Part shown: in pieces, positions 1 through 13,186 of the stretch
How the letters are laid out: the number at the start of each line of letters is the position of its first letter
Position numbering within the stretch: the stretch's first letter is position 1
Assembly: GCA_021613535.1 (NCBI GenBank)
Contig: CP075492.1
Location: 12,524,001-12,588,000, forward strand
DNA: 64,000 bases
Direction: 5' to 3'
Source of the DNA: Adineta vaga
Lineage: Eukaryota > Animalia > Rotifera
Translations under genes and position numbers: made by a program
Notes under the pieces: generated by a model
Database searches by the model: none
Told to the model about the DNA's origin: nothing
The model's input: the letters and a program-made list of their open reading frames with translations, nothing else

Positions 1-1907
1 TCGAAAACGAATGTTCTTCAAAAGATGCCGAATGAACAAATACGTAATCAATTAATGTCGATTTCACGAGCACTCTATTCATCTATGGAAATCGTTAATG
101 AAAAAGCAAGCAAAGAACGAAATGATAAATTAAAATTAGAAATCGCTCGTACGTATTATCGAGATGAAGTGAGTCAACGAAAAGAAATTCTCAGACGACG
201 AGAACTTATCGAACGTTATAAAGAAGAAAAAGAAACGGAATCGAAAAATAAACTTCGTGAACGTGAAATCGTTTCGTTTCCAAGAAGATGAACGTGTTAA
301 GGAAGATGAAAATCGTCGTAAAGCTGAACAAGCACGTCGAAAAGCTGAAGCTGCATTAGAACGTGAAAAAGAAGAACATCGTTTGAATATGAAGATTGCT
401 ATTGATAAATTACGTGAATCAGAAATTGGCCGTCGTATTATTGAACTTATTGGTGATGAAGAATTATATAAATATGATCCTGATTCATTGAATTCTTTAC
501 ATATTGATGCCGTTATAAAACATAGTCGTGAACAAAAAGAAAAATTGAAAGTTCAATTTAAAAAAGTTGACTTTTTTGTTCGTGCATTACATGAAGCAGA
601 AGTTCCATTTATACAAAAACATAGTGAAGCTGAAGTACAACGTCGACGTGAAATTCAACAGCAAGAACGTGAAAATGCTATTGAACGACGTGATCGTCTT
701 GTACGAATGGAAGACGATAAGCAAAGTTTCCTTCAATCAATTCGTGGTCAACGACATGAAGATTTTATTGTTCAACGACAAGAGTTTGAACAACGTTTGA
801 ATGTTGCCCGTCAACAACGTTTAGAACAGTTACGCAAAGAAAATATTGAAAAACGAAAACAAGAATGGAGACGACAAAAACAAGCAGAAAAAGATGCAAA
901 AATACGACGTCAAGAAGAAAAACGTTTGGCTGAAGCACGTGCAGTAGCTAGAGAACGAGATGAGAAATTGAATGCTCAATCACAAATTCAACGTCAACGT
1001 GAAGAAGAAATTCGAGTTCGATTAGAAGCCGAACAAAGTGCTTTACGAGCTACTTCTACTACAAATCGACGTTCAGCTGTTCCTGAAAAAGATAAAACTG
1101 ATAGGTTTGTTGATGAAAGAAAGAAAATTTGTTGATTTACTTTATAAAAAAAACATTTTAGTCGACCATGGCGACCAGGACAACGTGATCATGGAGATAA
1201 TCCACCATCGCAGGCTGATAATAAGAGTAGTTGGCGTAATCGAAATGAAGATCAACAACGGTACGAATATGCAAACTTTAAATGAAATACTTAGTTTTTG
1301 TTCTATATTTAGTGTACGAACCAACGATCGACGTATGGATGAACCGCCATCAAATAAAGGTTCCTCAAATGATTCATGGAGATCGAAAACAAGAACTGAA
1401 CAAGTAGATCGTGATGATAGACGAGTATCATCCCAACAACAATCATCGCCATCATCCGAACGATGGACGGAACGAAATGCTGATACAGCAAGTAGTTGGC
1501 GAACAGTTGGAAAAAAACAATCGAATCCGTATGATTATAGATTTATTTTGTTCATCTGAAATTTTCCTCTTCGTATAGCTCACGACCTGAAAATGAACGT
1601 CCTTCTCAACAACGTCCAGGTGAATCATCATCATCAGATGCTTGGCGACCCAAAACACGTCCAACCGATGAAGTACGCGATAATGTTCGTAGTGGTCCAC
1701 CACCCTCAGAAAGTTGGGGACGAGCGGATACGAATAGTAGCTGGCGTACACGAGAAAAGACACGTTTAAATAGGTATATTGTGTTTTTGTTTGAAATCTC
1801 TTCATTTTCTTTTATCTCTATGAATGAATTTTAGTTGGCGTGCCAATGATAGCGATGATGAAAATGAACGTCCTTCATCTGATAATCGTCGACCTGGTGG
1901 CAATTAA
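1..1907 (+). CDS. EIF3A: Translation initiation factor eIF3 subunit A, C-terminal part (5' truncated by the window; apparent 1-nt frameshift near 272-274)
   Basis: MPNEQIRNQL, RRELIERYKEEKE and QFKKVDFFVRALHEAEVP resemble the eIF3a coiled-coil region. Spliced tail has SWR/WR repeats and ends ...RRPGGN* at 1905-1907. Confidence 0.85.
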
Positions 1908-2736
1908 GAATAGCAGATGTAGTGAAACAGAAACAAGAACTTTTTTAAACCTATAGTCTAACTGAAAAGTGTGGTTGTTTTATTCTATACACACTATCAG
2001 TTCTTTTTTTTGTTGAAGAAAAAACGAAATAAAATTGATTCTTTCTCTCTTTGAAAATCAAAGCACACACTTACAATGCTAAAAGATCAATCTAATATGT
2101 TTAATAATCGATCGTTTCTGTTTACTGATGAATTCAATTCAAGTAGTACATTCTATTTGTTAAAATTCGTTTTGAACTAACATATCTCAACGAAATCTGA
2201 GAGAATAATGGTAAATCATTAATTATTATAGTTGTTCCTATTTTAAATATATAATTCAAATTGAACATTTTCTCATTATCATTTTTCATTCAATATGCAA
2301 CTGACACATTAATATATCATAATTGATATGTGCATGTTGACATTAGAACGAAAGAAAAACGTTTTGATCTTTGAACTATCATTGGAGACATCTGAAAAAA
2401 ATGTATAAAATTAATTTGTTTGAGAATTTTATTTTATTTTTCTTAAACGTCCTTGTCTAATTTATTTGACACATAGACGAGTCTATGGTATTACTGATAA
2501 AATTAGACATCACCAAGAGTTCGTTTTCTTCGTTCTAATTATACAGATATTTATTCAATAAAATGAAGAAGAAAAATCCTTGTCTCAGCCTATTAATAGT
2601 TACTTCCATAAAGGTCATTCATGTATGTGAATGTGCGAGAGCGTTATGCATGATTGATATTTCTAACGGAAAATGTTATCGATAGGCAATTGATTGTAAC
2701 TATACATAGAAACGATACGCAAAGCATGTTTGAAAT

Positions 2737-4044
2737 ATGAATAAATGGTCAAGATCATTACCATCGATTAACGTATTGACCGATGAAACTCACTTCATTA
2801 ATAAACCTTTTCGTTTACCACAAAAAAAAGTCTTACCATCTATTAAAACTTTAACCAAAGTTAATCAAGTCAATACAAGCACAATACATGTTACACCATC
2901 AATTGCTACAACAACTGATGATAGTGATTCTCTTACAGATGTGTCAGTAATTAATCCCGACAAACCATCACCTGTAAATCATGAACGAAAATCTAAACCT
3001 TACAATGTTTCAAATCAATATGATTCAGTCATAGAAATCGATGCAATGATACATAATGAATTTGTACCTGTGGATCAACTATATGATTCGTTATTTGCGT
3101 ATGCAAATAGTTTTCATCTTGATGATCTAATGTATTCATCTGATGATATTAAAATTCCAGTTGAATCTCCTTCTACTGTTAAGCAACGCAGTGAACCATC
3201 ATCCAACCGTATTCCTACAATTCCTGCCAATAATAATAATAATAATAATATTACTCGATATAGAAGTTGTGAAAATGTTTTCCTTTTGAATAAACCAACA
3301 CCTATTATTCAACCACCTTCACATGAATGTAAACCAGCACCTATCTTACCTCGAAATCAAATTGAACCTGATGATGATAATGATAATCAAAGTGACGAAA
3401 GTACAACGGTTACTGATGGTTCAAAATTTCAATGGGAATATTTTTCAGAACCACTTGAACAACAGAATAAATCTTCAAAAGTAAACATAACGAACAATTA
3501 TCATATAACAGCAAAAACTAAACAAACAAATTTACATTGTTGTCATGAGTCTGAACAACGTTCAACAACGACGAAATGTAAGAAAGCAATTTCACTTTCA
3601 CCAATTATTATTCGAGAAAGAATGAAAGATCCCTTCAGTGAACACACGAGTGATCCACGACATATTCGTTCCTCATCTCCACGTCATCGAACAACTCCAA
3701 TTATTATTCGAGAAATTGTTCATAGACCTTCTCCACCAACTCAACTGATGTCTAAACATTCACCACCACCAATATCGTTTAATAATTATCATGAATATAA
3801 TCGATCATCGAAACCACCGATTGCTCCTAAATACAAACCAACGATTCATCCTGAACGTGATACAAATCAACCAACAAAAGATATTTTTATGGCATACAAT
3901 CAAGTTAATGTTTCTGTAGAAAAAAATATTCATCAACTAGGAGAAATCAATCATATTGATCCTACACAATACATTCAATCACATGGATCTGCATTATACT
4001 CTAGTGGTGTTTTCCATAACATGCTAACAAAAATGATGAAATAA
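2737..4044 (+). CDS. Intronless 435-aa Pro/Ser/Asn-rich protein of unknown function
   Basis: Long ATG-initiated ORF in AT-rich DNA; repeated PIIIRE motif; no domain recognised. Confidence 0.7.
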   Translation: MNKWSRSLPSINVLTDETHFINKPFRLPQKKVLPSIKTLTKVNQVNTSTIHVTPSIATTTDDSDSLTDVSVINPDKPSPVNHERKSKPYNVSNQYDSVIEIDAMIHNEFVPVDQLYDSLFAYANSFHLDDLMYSSDDIKIPVESPSTVKQRSEPSSNRIPTIPANNNNNNNITRYRSCENVFLLNKPTPIIQPPSHECKPAPILPRNQIEPDDDNDNQSDESTTVTDGSKFQWEYFSEPLEQQNKSSKVNITNNYHITAKTKQTNLHCCHESEQRSTTTKCKKAISLSPIIIRERMKDPFSEHTSDPRHIRSSSPRHRTTPIIIREIVHRPSPPTQLMSKHSPPPISFNNYHEYNRSSKPPIAPKYKPTIHPERDTNQPTKDIFMAYNQVNVSVEKNIHQLGEINHIDPTQYIQSHGSALYSSGVFHNMLTKMMK

Positions 4045-5084
4045 CAGAAAATTTTTCTATTTAATATTTTTTTTACATAATTTAGTTTAGCATAAAAACA
4101 AATATCTATAAAGATATAAAAGTATCATGTTCGAAAATCTTCTTGTTAGCGAAATATCATTATAAATAAGACGAAAGACAAGAATGGAAAATTTCAAGTG
4201 AAAGTAAAGAAAAAGTTTTTTTGCTAGTCAGAAATCGACTGTATACAAAATAAATGAACGAGATAAAAGATAAAATTTACATAGTGATCTGTGAAAATCA
4301 ACGAAGGATTCACTGACGTCTGTGTTTCTTCTCTACTCTATACGAATGAATCAGAACGAAGCGATCCAGGTCAACTATGTACTTCTTTTTCTCTCGTCCG
4401 ATTTGTTTTCAGTCTATGATGTCATGTAACGATTACATTATATTTCAGATAATAAAAAGATAGTATCTGAACTTCGTTAAATATCTCTATGTAGTAATTT
4501 AAAGAAAATTCGTCTAAACAAATATCATCGTAGAGGAATAATGTTAGCAGTAGAAATTTGTTGAAAATGCTTGATATAGAGAATATATTTCATCTTGTAT
4601 ATTTATAATATCCTTGGGATAAATACATTCAACAACTATCCGGTAGTATAATGCTCTTGAATACCGATATCATCTGTTAGTTCATGAAAAAAAAACTCAT
4701 TTTTACAGTATGATGAAAGAAATATTACTCTCTTATATAAATAAGTAACTTAATGTTACACAAAACAACTTGTATAACAATGCTCCTGTATGAAGATATG
4801 TTTTTGCTGTAATAGTAGAGTTTTTAAACAAGTCAAATGTAGATATATATTGTTTATTTTTTATTGAGAATTAATGAAGAACAACAAGTATTATTGATTA
4901 ATTGTAGAATAGATTGCGCATTCTGATTACACACGATATTACACAGAGAGAAGGAGAGAAGTGATAGGTTTTTGAAGAAAGCGAATAAATTGAATTATTT
5001 GCCAGAAATAATGACGATCTAAAAAAAGAAGAACGATTATTGAAAGAACGAACATAAGAGAATGAAATACAAACCACACTACGA

Positions 5085-5356
5085 TCATCCATAATACCAT
5101 CCGCCCCATCCACCACGACCCCATCCGCCACGACCCCATCCACCACCCCATCCACCACGACCCCATCCACCACCCCATCCACCACCACGACCCCATCCGC
5201 CGCCCCATCCACCGCCACGCCAATGCGCCACAGCTAAAAGTTAGAGTCAAATAAATGCTAATTAATGGAAAGATATTTCAACAAACCTTCTTGAAAGATA
5301 CCACAGGTACAAAGAAGCACCAAGGCAAATAACAAATAGTTAACAATTGATGACAT
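5085..5356 (-). CDS. Secreted Gly/Trp/Arg-rich peptide precursor, copy 1 (72 aa)
   Basis: Exons 5356-5287 and 5233-5085, GT-AG intron. MSSIVNYLLFALVLLCTCGIFQEAVA followed by HWRGGGWGGGWGRGGGWGGGWGRGGWGGGWGRGGWGRGGWGGWYYG*. Confidence 0.85.
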
Positions 5357-5519
5357 GATCAATATTATTTGTAGAAATTTACGATTTCTAAACGACAACC
5401 AAAGATGATATCAAGAATTAAATAGATCTTTCTATGACTTACCGTTATATATCGAGCGATAGTAAATAACGTGTGATAATGTATATACTTACGTTCTAGT
5501 TATATATATACGTATGATA

Positions 5520-6735
5520 TAGACAAAGATCATCTCTTCTGTTTTCTTTATTTTCATTTACTTCGCTGACGAAATTTTCAAATGATTGTTTGTTCTTCAC
5601 CATAGAAAGAACGATCTAAGAATGACGTATTAACACGGCAGAAAATGAAAATAGGACTCTTTGTTTTTCTGTCGTCAAAGAACGCCATAATGGTTCGACT
5701 GTAACCTGTGTAAAATAAGAAATCGTAGGAATCTCATCATCTGTGTCATAGTTTAAAAAAGAATATTCGATCTGAATATAATGATTTTCAATTTGAAGCA
5801 TAAAAAGAACCTGCTACCAGAAAAAGAATAATGGAATATTTTCTGTCTGTTTATGAATTATGAAACAGAAGTCATTCACCATGGTATATATATGTAAACA
5901 AAACAAGTTTTTGAAGAGTATATAGTTCCAAAGAAAATCAAAGTATAATGTGATATATATATAGTTTATTGAATATCAGTAAAGAGAAGTGGGGTTGATT
6001 AAATGAACACAGAACACTCAATTACATTAACAGAAAAACAAATCTAGTGAGAAAATGATTTGATATTTGTGGAGTCGATTGGCCGAAAATTCTTAAACAA
6101 CATCGACAATTACCAACGACGATTGGGATCAACTATAAACAAGTAAGATTATAAGAAAATTGAAATCAAAAGAGAGCATAAACAATTTCCTCGACCACGA
6201 CTATTCCATATATCACCTAACATACCACCTCCTGTCCCACTCCATCTAGCGTTAACTGAAATTTAAAATTATAGGAAAGTCATAAGCAAATATTTCAATA
6301 AATCTTCTTGAAAGATGCCATTGATACAAATGAGCACAACGACAAATAACAAATAGTTAACGATTGATGACATGATCAATATTATTGGTAATAATATAAA
6401 TGTTCTAAATAGATAGAGAAAGCTGAATGAAATAGAAGAATTGACGTTTTTATTACAATGACATATATATATCGCTCAGACAAAGATCATCGCTTTTGTT
6501 CTCTTTATTTCCATTTACTTCGCTGACGAAGTTTTCAGATGATTCTTCTTTTCACGAAAAGAATGATCTAAAGATAACGTTACTAACATAGTACAAAATA
6601 AAAATAGAACTTTCCGTCTTTCTATGGTCTAAGAAGGTAACAATGATTCGATTACAACCTATGTGAAGTTAGAAATTGTACGACTTGCGTCAATGTCATA
6701 ATTTAAATAACGATCTTCAATCTGAATAAAATGAC
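5520..6735. repeat. Duplicated upstream non-coding block (about 5520-5790 versus 6478-6735) of peptide copies 1 and 2
   Basis: Shared AGACAAAGATCAT...CATTTACTTCGCTGACGAA..TTTCA.ATGATT, GATCTAA, GTGTCATA.TTTAAA and ATCTGAATA at matching offsets. Confidence 0.8.
6110..6373 (-). pseudogene. Secreted peptide precursor, copy 2 (divergent; first splice donor is AT rather than GT)
   Basis: Exons 6373-6304, 6255-6184, 6132-6110 give MSSIVNYLLFVVVLICINGIFQEVNA-RWSGTGGGMLGDIWNSRGRGNFDPNRRW*. Donor reads GAAG|ATTTAT versus GAAG|GTTTGT in the other copies. Confidence 0.65.
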
Positions 6736-7125
6736 CTTTAGTGTCTTTGCTGTGTGACACGTAGGAAAAGTAATGAAATATTCTTCACTCGTTTATCAGT
6801 TATCGAATAGAACCCATCCACATTGATGAACAAATGCAATATTTTTCTTCGTTTTTCAATGACAATGTTTAATTTCAAAGAGATATATAGACATGCCAGT
6901 ATAGTAATCATATCTCGTTGTGCGATCAACAAAGAATGGGTTTTTATGATTATAGATTTTAGAAATTAAAGTATTATGTAATATCTATTTTATTGAATAT
7001 CAGTGAAGATGATTAATTGAAGACAAAAAAATTCATTGTATTAACACAGAAAAGATTTTAGTAAGAAAATTACGTGATACATTTGTGAAGTTGGTTGAAT
7101 AACAACTCGCGAGTGACGTTGTCAA

Positions 7126-7432
7126 TTACCAGCCATATCGGCGACCTAATAATGAGGAGGATTATGCGACGATTGCAAGTAAAAATTATAATACAAACCT
7201 CGACCACCACCATAACCATAACCGCGACCACCACCATAACCATAACCGCGACCGCCACCCCAACCACCGCCCCAACCGCCACCCCGTCTGCCACCATACC
7301 ATTGTGCCACAGCTAAAAGTTCAAATTATAGAAAAAAATCATGATTAAATACTTGAACAAACCTTCTTGGAGGAAACCACTAGTACAAAGAAGTACCAAG
7401 ACAAATAACAAATAGTTAACGATTGATGACAT
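7126..7432 (-). CDS. Secreted Gly/Tyr/Trp/Arg-rich peptide precursor, copy 3 (67 aa)
   Basis: Exons 7432-7363, 7312-7199, 7145-7126: MSSIVNYLLFVLVLLCTSGFLQEAVA-QWYGGRRGGGWGGGWGGGRGYGYGGGRGYGYGGGRGRRYGW*. Confidence 0.85.
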
Positions 7433-8599
7433 GATTAATAATATTAGCAATAATACAAATGTACTAAATCGATGGAGAAAATTGAATGAAATAGAAGAAT
7501 TGACGTTTTTCTACTTACTACTATGAATTGAATGATGCGACAGAAAATGTGTTAATATATGCTGGAATAATCGATATTCGCGAGCTTTTATAGGCCAGTT
7601 CGAACAAAAAAACAAATCGTATACTCTGATATCTTTATGAAATGTTCTTCTCGTCTATATGTTTTCAAATGATTTTGACACAGTCATCTAATCATCTTCT
7701 ATTTTGTCCTTTCTGTTTATGAAGATATATGCTTTTGTACATCGATAAAGACATATACTTTCTAGACTACAGTTCTTCGAGTACATAATTTATTTGATGT
7801 TCGTCTTTTTAGTTCATTTTCATGTTCACAGATCGAACATAAAAATAAAGAAAGGAGGAACAACAACAAAGTATCCATTGACTTATTAACATTATAAACT
7901 AAATCAACAAAATTTCCGGATGATCAGATATATTTAATATTCTATTTTGAATTGATTTACTAAACAAATAAAACTAAAATTACAAATATGCAATTATTAA
8001 TATCAATACTGTATTGTTCGAAGAAATCTTGTGGTGGCTTTGGTAACATGTATATACATGTTCGAAATGAACCATAGATAAGATACCTCGTCACTATGCT
8101 TTGATCAAAACTTCAGTCCATTCTTTTGACCTTTGAATTGTCTTTGGATGCCAATGATGATCTTGAGTTTTTCTTCTAGAGAATCATAAAGTTGAATGAT
8201 ATTTTATCAAACAAATCCATCCTTTGTCATATAATATTTATACACTTGACAGAAGAAGGACTGTCTGTATTTAGATCTCGATATACAAAACTGTGTGAAA
8301 AATTTTATTCCTTTTTTTTTTCATTTCAAATTCGGAAAGAATTCAAAAATATCATAGAATCTGAAGATACGAGATCAGTATATATATGGCTCTCCATGCA
8401 TCAATACCATACACGGTGTAGTTTTACATATTTTACTGAACAGCTTGTATTAGTTTTCATCATAGATTATCGAGAATAGAAATAAGAAAAAAAAGGAAGA
8501 GAAACAATAACAAAGTATCCATACAAAAATAAACATTATAAATTAAATCAATTAAACTATTAAAAAACCACATAGAGAGAGAGTGAGTCACACGTTCAC

Positions 8600-10029
8600 T
8601 CATTGTCTTTTAGTTAGAATTTTCGAATTTAATGGTACATTTATATCGATCCAATGTATTAAACCTTGATGTGTAGCAACAACAATCGCCATTTGATCGA
8701 TACTCCAGTGATAGTCAAGAAATGATGATGATAGATTATCAAAGGATTCAACTTGTCTCATCTAAAAGTATAATTTTCATCAAATGTAAACAAATATCAA
8801 AGACAGAGGGAGAAACAAAAAACGTACAGTTAAATAACGAAAATCATAAATTTTGATTTTGGAAAGACGAGAATCGTAGAGTGAAAGCAAATGATTTGGT
8901 GATGCTAAACTACATTTTAATTTTTCTGGATGACCAAATATATCCAATGTTTGACTTCGAATTGGTTCACTAAACAATCATGATAAGATTATATATTTAT
9001 GAAAACAAGATGAATTCAGTCAATCATATGTTGCTTATTATGACTTTGTTCTGATAATGATTGAAGAGAAATAGAAGAAATTAATTTTTATCTATTTCAC
9101 TTACCGACTAATTCGTTTATCCCAAATAAGTATTTGCTGTCGGTGTCGACCAACAATAATATCATTAGTTTTCCATGTACAATCTGCTAAATGTTCTTTT
9201 CCATTACTACTCAATGTTAAATCGATAGTTTTTCGTTCGAAATCGAATATATTTAGTCGATTTTGATGAGCGAGAAGTAACTAGAAAGGAAGAAAGAAAA
9301 AAGTCTCTCTCTGTTTATCATATCAAATAATAAAACATACATGATGAGATTGTTCTGGATTCCATTCGATTTTATGAAGCACACCATGATTAGCAAATGT
9401 GGATTGATAGGATATCTGTGCTTGTGATGGATTATACATCTTAATAGTTCCATTCAGATGACTAACTACTATTTGATCTAATGATTCACTATAATCAATA
9501 GATGATGGAATCAAACATGTTGTTTCATCAAGCCACTGTAAACAAAAAAGACTAGAAATAATAATTCTCTTTTTCGTAATTTACTTGTAAGTTTTGTATA
9601 GAATTTTCTGGTTCACTCTGATAAATTAATGACATTTGTTCACTGCGATTTGCAGTCGGAAGTGTAGTTAAACCAACTCTGAAAATTAGAAAGATATAAT
9701 TTTGTAATTAATATAAAGTAGAATCTTACTTGATCTGTTTTTGAGATGGTCGATAAATTGTATTTGGAAGCCAACATAAATGATTGATTTGAAAACCAAA
9801 ATGATTTGTGTCAACTGAATGACAGATGATTTCATCTTTCTAAATTTGTATATAATTCAATAATTAATTCGTGAATTATCCTATCTCATAGACTTACATC
9901 GAGATTGATTTGTCCAAAAGTAAATCCATCCGATGTATTACAACAAAATAATCGAGAAGCGGAACGAAGTTTCGAAAGAAAAAATCGACGATAAATCCAA
10001 TCATTAGTCACTATTACATCGGATTCCAT
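8600..10029 (-). CDS. WD40-like beta-propeller protein, multi-exon
   Basis: Starts MESDVIVTNDW; exons include GTIKMYN, HKIEWNP, LNIFDF, ILIWDKR, IKIYDFR; ends ...KILTKRQ* at 8600-8602. Confidence 0.65.
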
Positions 10030-10548
10030 ATTTATGATTAACTATCTACAATAATTCACCTGACGAATGTTTTTTGTTAAAAAAATAATAAATATTCTAT
10101 TACGATTGATTATATCAACAGAAAAATAGCCGGAGGAAAAAAATGATGTGAACGAGACATCCTTGACACGAACTTTATCGATTGATAATTGAATTTCTCT
10201 GTACACTGCTCGAAATATTGATGACAGGTTATGGTTATAAAAGGTGGGCGAATAAGTGTAGTATACACACATGAATCAATCGACAGTTCAGACATGTTAT
10301 TGGTATATATCAAGGCAAATCTTAATCAAGAAAGGACATCTATCATCATTTGTCGCTCATCATCCGATAGGTACATGTACATCTATGCGCCAAAACTTGA
10401 TAATTCAAAGCTTTGCAGATTGATTATAAAGTATCATAAATAAACAACATTCGTTTTCATTATCATTTCATATATTCATATAGATCAAATAGCTATTCAT
10501 TTCACACAGACATTATTATTCGAAAAAAATTGATAATAAAGAAAAATT

Positions 10549-11524
10549 TCAACATGAAACAAGATTATTAACATGAGTATTAGTATCAATATAAACACGT
10601 TCTTTTGTTTGATTAGCATCAACAATAATAACAGGTGGTGAATTATTCGTACGACTTCGTTGTACAAGCCATTCTTCATGATGTTCATGTAATGTTCGTA
10701 AATAATTCAGATCAATAGATTCTTCTTCTGATCGATGCCGCATTTGAATTCGTTCAAGACATGTTTCAGGAGTTGCACGAAGATAAACTATTTAAAATCA
10801 ACAAAAACTTTCTCTTAAGAAATTATTCGAATAATACGTACTAATCAAATCAAGATCACATGAACCACTTGAAACGAGCATTTCGAACCAATCATTTAAG
10901 ATTTCATATTCTGCAGCATGAAGGACTTTACTTGAATATAGAGAAAATAAGCAGAATATCTTTCAGAAATGAAAATGAATCTCTCGAAAAATTTACCTTC
11001 GAAATAAATTTTCTACAAAACAATATCGTGCACTATAAATCGATCTTTCCATTACTTTTACAGGAGCTTTTGTTGTTTGTGCATGCAATTTTGCTAAAGT
11101 CATTTGAGCATTTGCTTGAAAAGCGAAACCCCATCGATGAGGATCATCGTATAGCATAGCCTAAATAATTTCATTCAAAGTGAAATCTTTATCTTCAAAT
11201 GTTTCTTGTCCATATTCACCAATATATTATGTCCTTTCAAATTTGTCCAGTTTTCCACTGGTTCAGCAATAACCTTATGTAAAAGTATAAGAAATGATTT
11301 ATCAATAAATTCTTCATTTTATTCTTACTTCGCATAATGAAGATTTTGTAAGATGAGAAAGTACCGTACTTTTTCTAAAGAATAAATCGATTATTTTCAA
11401 TGGAAATGTCATAAGAATCTTACCCAGAGCCAATATTTCCTTCCACCGCAATCTATAGAAAGAAAAATTATAATGATTTCAAGCAAAGACAACTTACTGT
11501 GAATTTTTTATTTGATGATGACAT
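10549..11524 (-). CDS. Deoxynucleoside kinase (TK2/dNK family)
   Basis: Spliced IAVEGNIGSG|KST P-loop, EPVENW, YDDPHRWGFAFQ, MERSIYSARYCF, R.RSEE, YLRTLHEHHEEWL. Confidence 0.92.
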
Positions 11525-13186
11525 GTTTTTACGAACAGACACGATATTCAATTAGATCTAAATATACCACAACGATAAATAGTTTCCCCTCAATACAAAT
11601 CAAAATGATAAAGAAAAACGTTTGTGGTTTTATATATGTACATATATATCCCTAGTTTAACTTTCGAATGGAATGTGTTCTACATTCTTAACATGAAGAG
11701 ACGTGACTATTAACACTCTATTGTAAAAATCCATATGAATTACTCACATTTATTTTAACCGTTGAGAATTAAACAACAAAAGACTTTTATCTTCCTATCT
11801 TTTGTTCATATCATTGAACCAATAGAAAGAAATCTTTCTGTTTTTATCAAGAAAATTCTTGAAAAACATTTCCATTAGATTTTTTATTAACTTTATATAA
11901 CTCAATGATACCTTCAATTCATTCGATCAAACTATAGTATCGGATCGGATCATTTAAAGCGACCTCTTGTTTTCCATTCGATAAACATACATAATTTCGA
12001 TCGATTTATTTCTCTATTCGTTCATCGAACGATTCGATCCGCCGGTTATCTATCTTATATTATCAAATTACGTAATAAATAAGATAAACACCCCGTAACG
12101 TTAGCATTTATCTTTCGTCAGCAAGTTACAAGTACGATTCATATCCTTCATGTTTTCGTTTGAAAACTATGTTGTTATTCATAAAGATCATTCATAGTAA
12201 TGAAAGTTTGACTGAAATTCGATCTGAATCAAACCATTTACTTTCTTTCTCTGCATACATAAAAAAAACAAATTCGAATGAAATCAAAAGGTGTTATAAC
12301 GACGATGACGAGAGAAAATAATGTATACATGACTATAGTTCGTTCTGATATTTTTTTGATAAAAGTATGAAATCACACTGTGCTAATTCTGTACATTTAC
12401 TATTTTCAATCGAAACCATTCGTTTTTTACAAAATTGGATTAGTATGATGATCGTTAAGAACTGTGTGAAACTGTTTTTACTCTCGTTACATTGAAATCG
12501 TTCTCTACGAAATTGCTCACTAAATATTTTTATTATTAAGTAAAAGTGTCGAACGTAGAAAGAATTTGCATTTCTGTTCTTTTTCTTTGTATGTTTCCTC
12601 ATGCAATTAAACGGTATTATATATGCAAAAATAACATACGAAAAAAAAACTCTGTCTAACTTGAAATTTATCATTCTTTTTCTACTTTCTAATATTTCTG
12701 ATGAAAATGTTGGTTTTTTATTTGAATATATATATATATATATGTACACATACGATTACCTGAGGTAACTAAATGTTTGACAAACTCTCTTTTATTGAAG
12801 ATTTATCTACGAATATTTCCATGACCTAGAAGATCATTTTAATCAAATTTTAACCTTCAATCTTCATTGATTCTCATTCATAATGAATGCCATCAAATCT
12901 CCTAATGTATTTTCACTTTGTCAAAGTAATATATTGGCCAATCATTTCTAAATCATTTTCTTCTTTCGTTAAGATGTACCTTTAAATCATATTTAATACG
13001 ACGACGTACGCGATAATTACTTTGATCAAAGAACGAAAGAAAAAAAAGATGGAATTATTTTTTTTTTGTATTCTCTACATAGAAAAATGGAATCAAGGAG
13101 AATGATATTCGATCATTTGTGAATTCGACATCATTATTCGAAAGAAATCAATCAATTCGTTCATTAATAAAAAGAAAACTTTTCAA

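Noticed and set aside
4898-5250. ORF-track proteins with VVDG and WWMG repeats, and the similar ORFs at 7070-7316
   Set aside because: Alternative frames or antisense of the Gly-rich peptide exons; only the Gly frame splices onto a signal-peptide exon.
7980-8479. Possible small spliced gene between the peptide cluster and the WD40 gene
   Set aside because: Tested splice combinations give short, featureless products.
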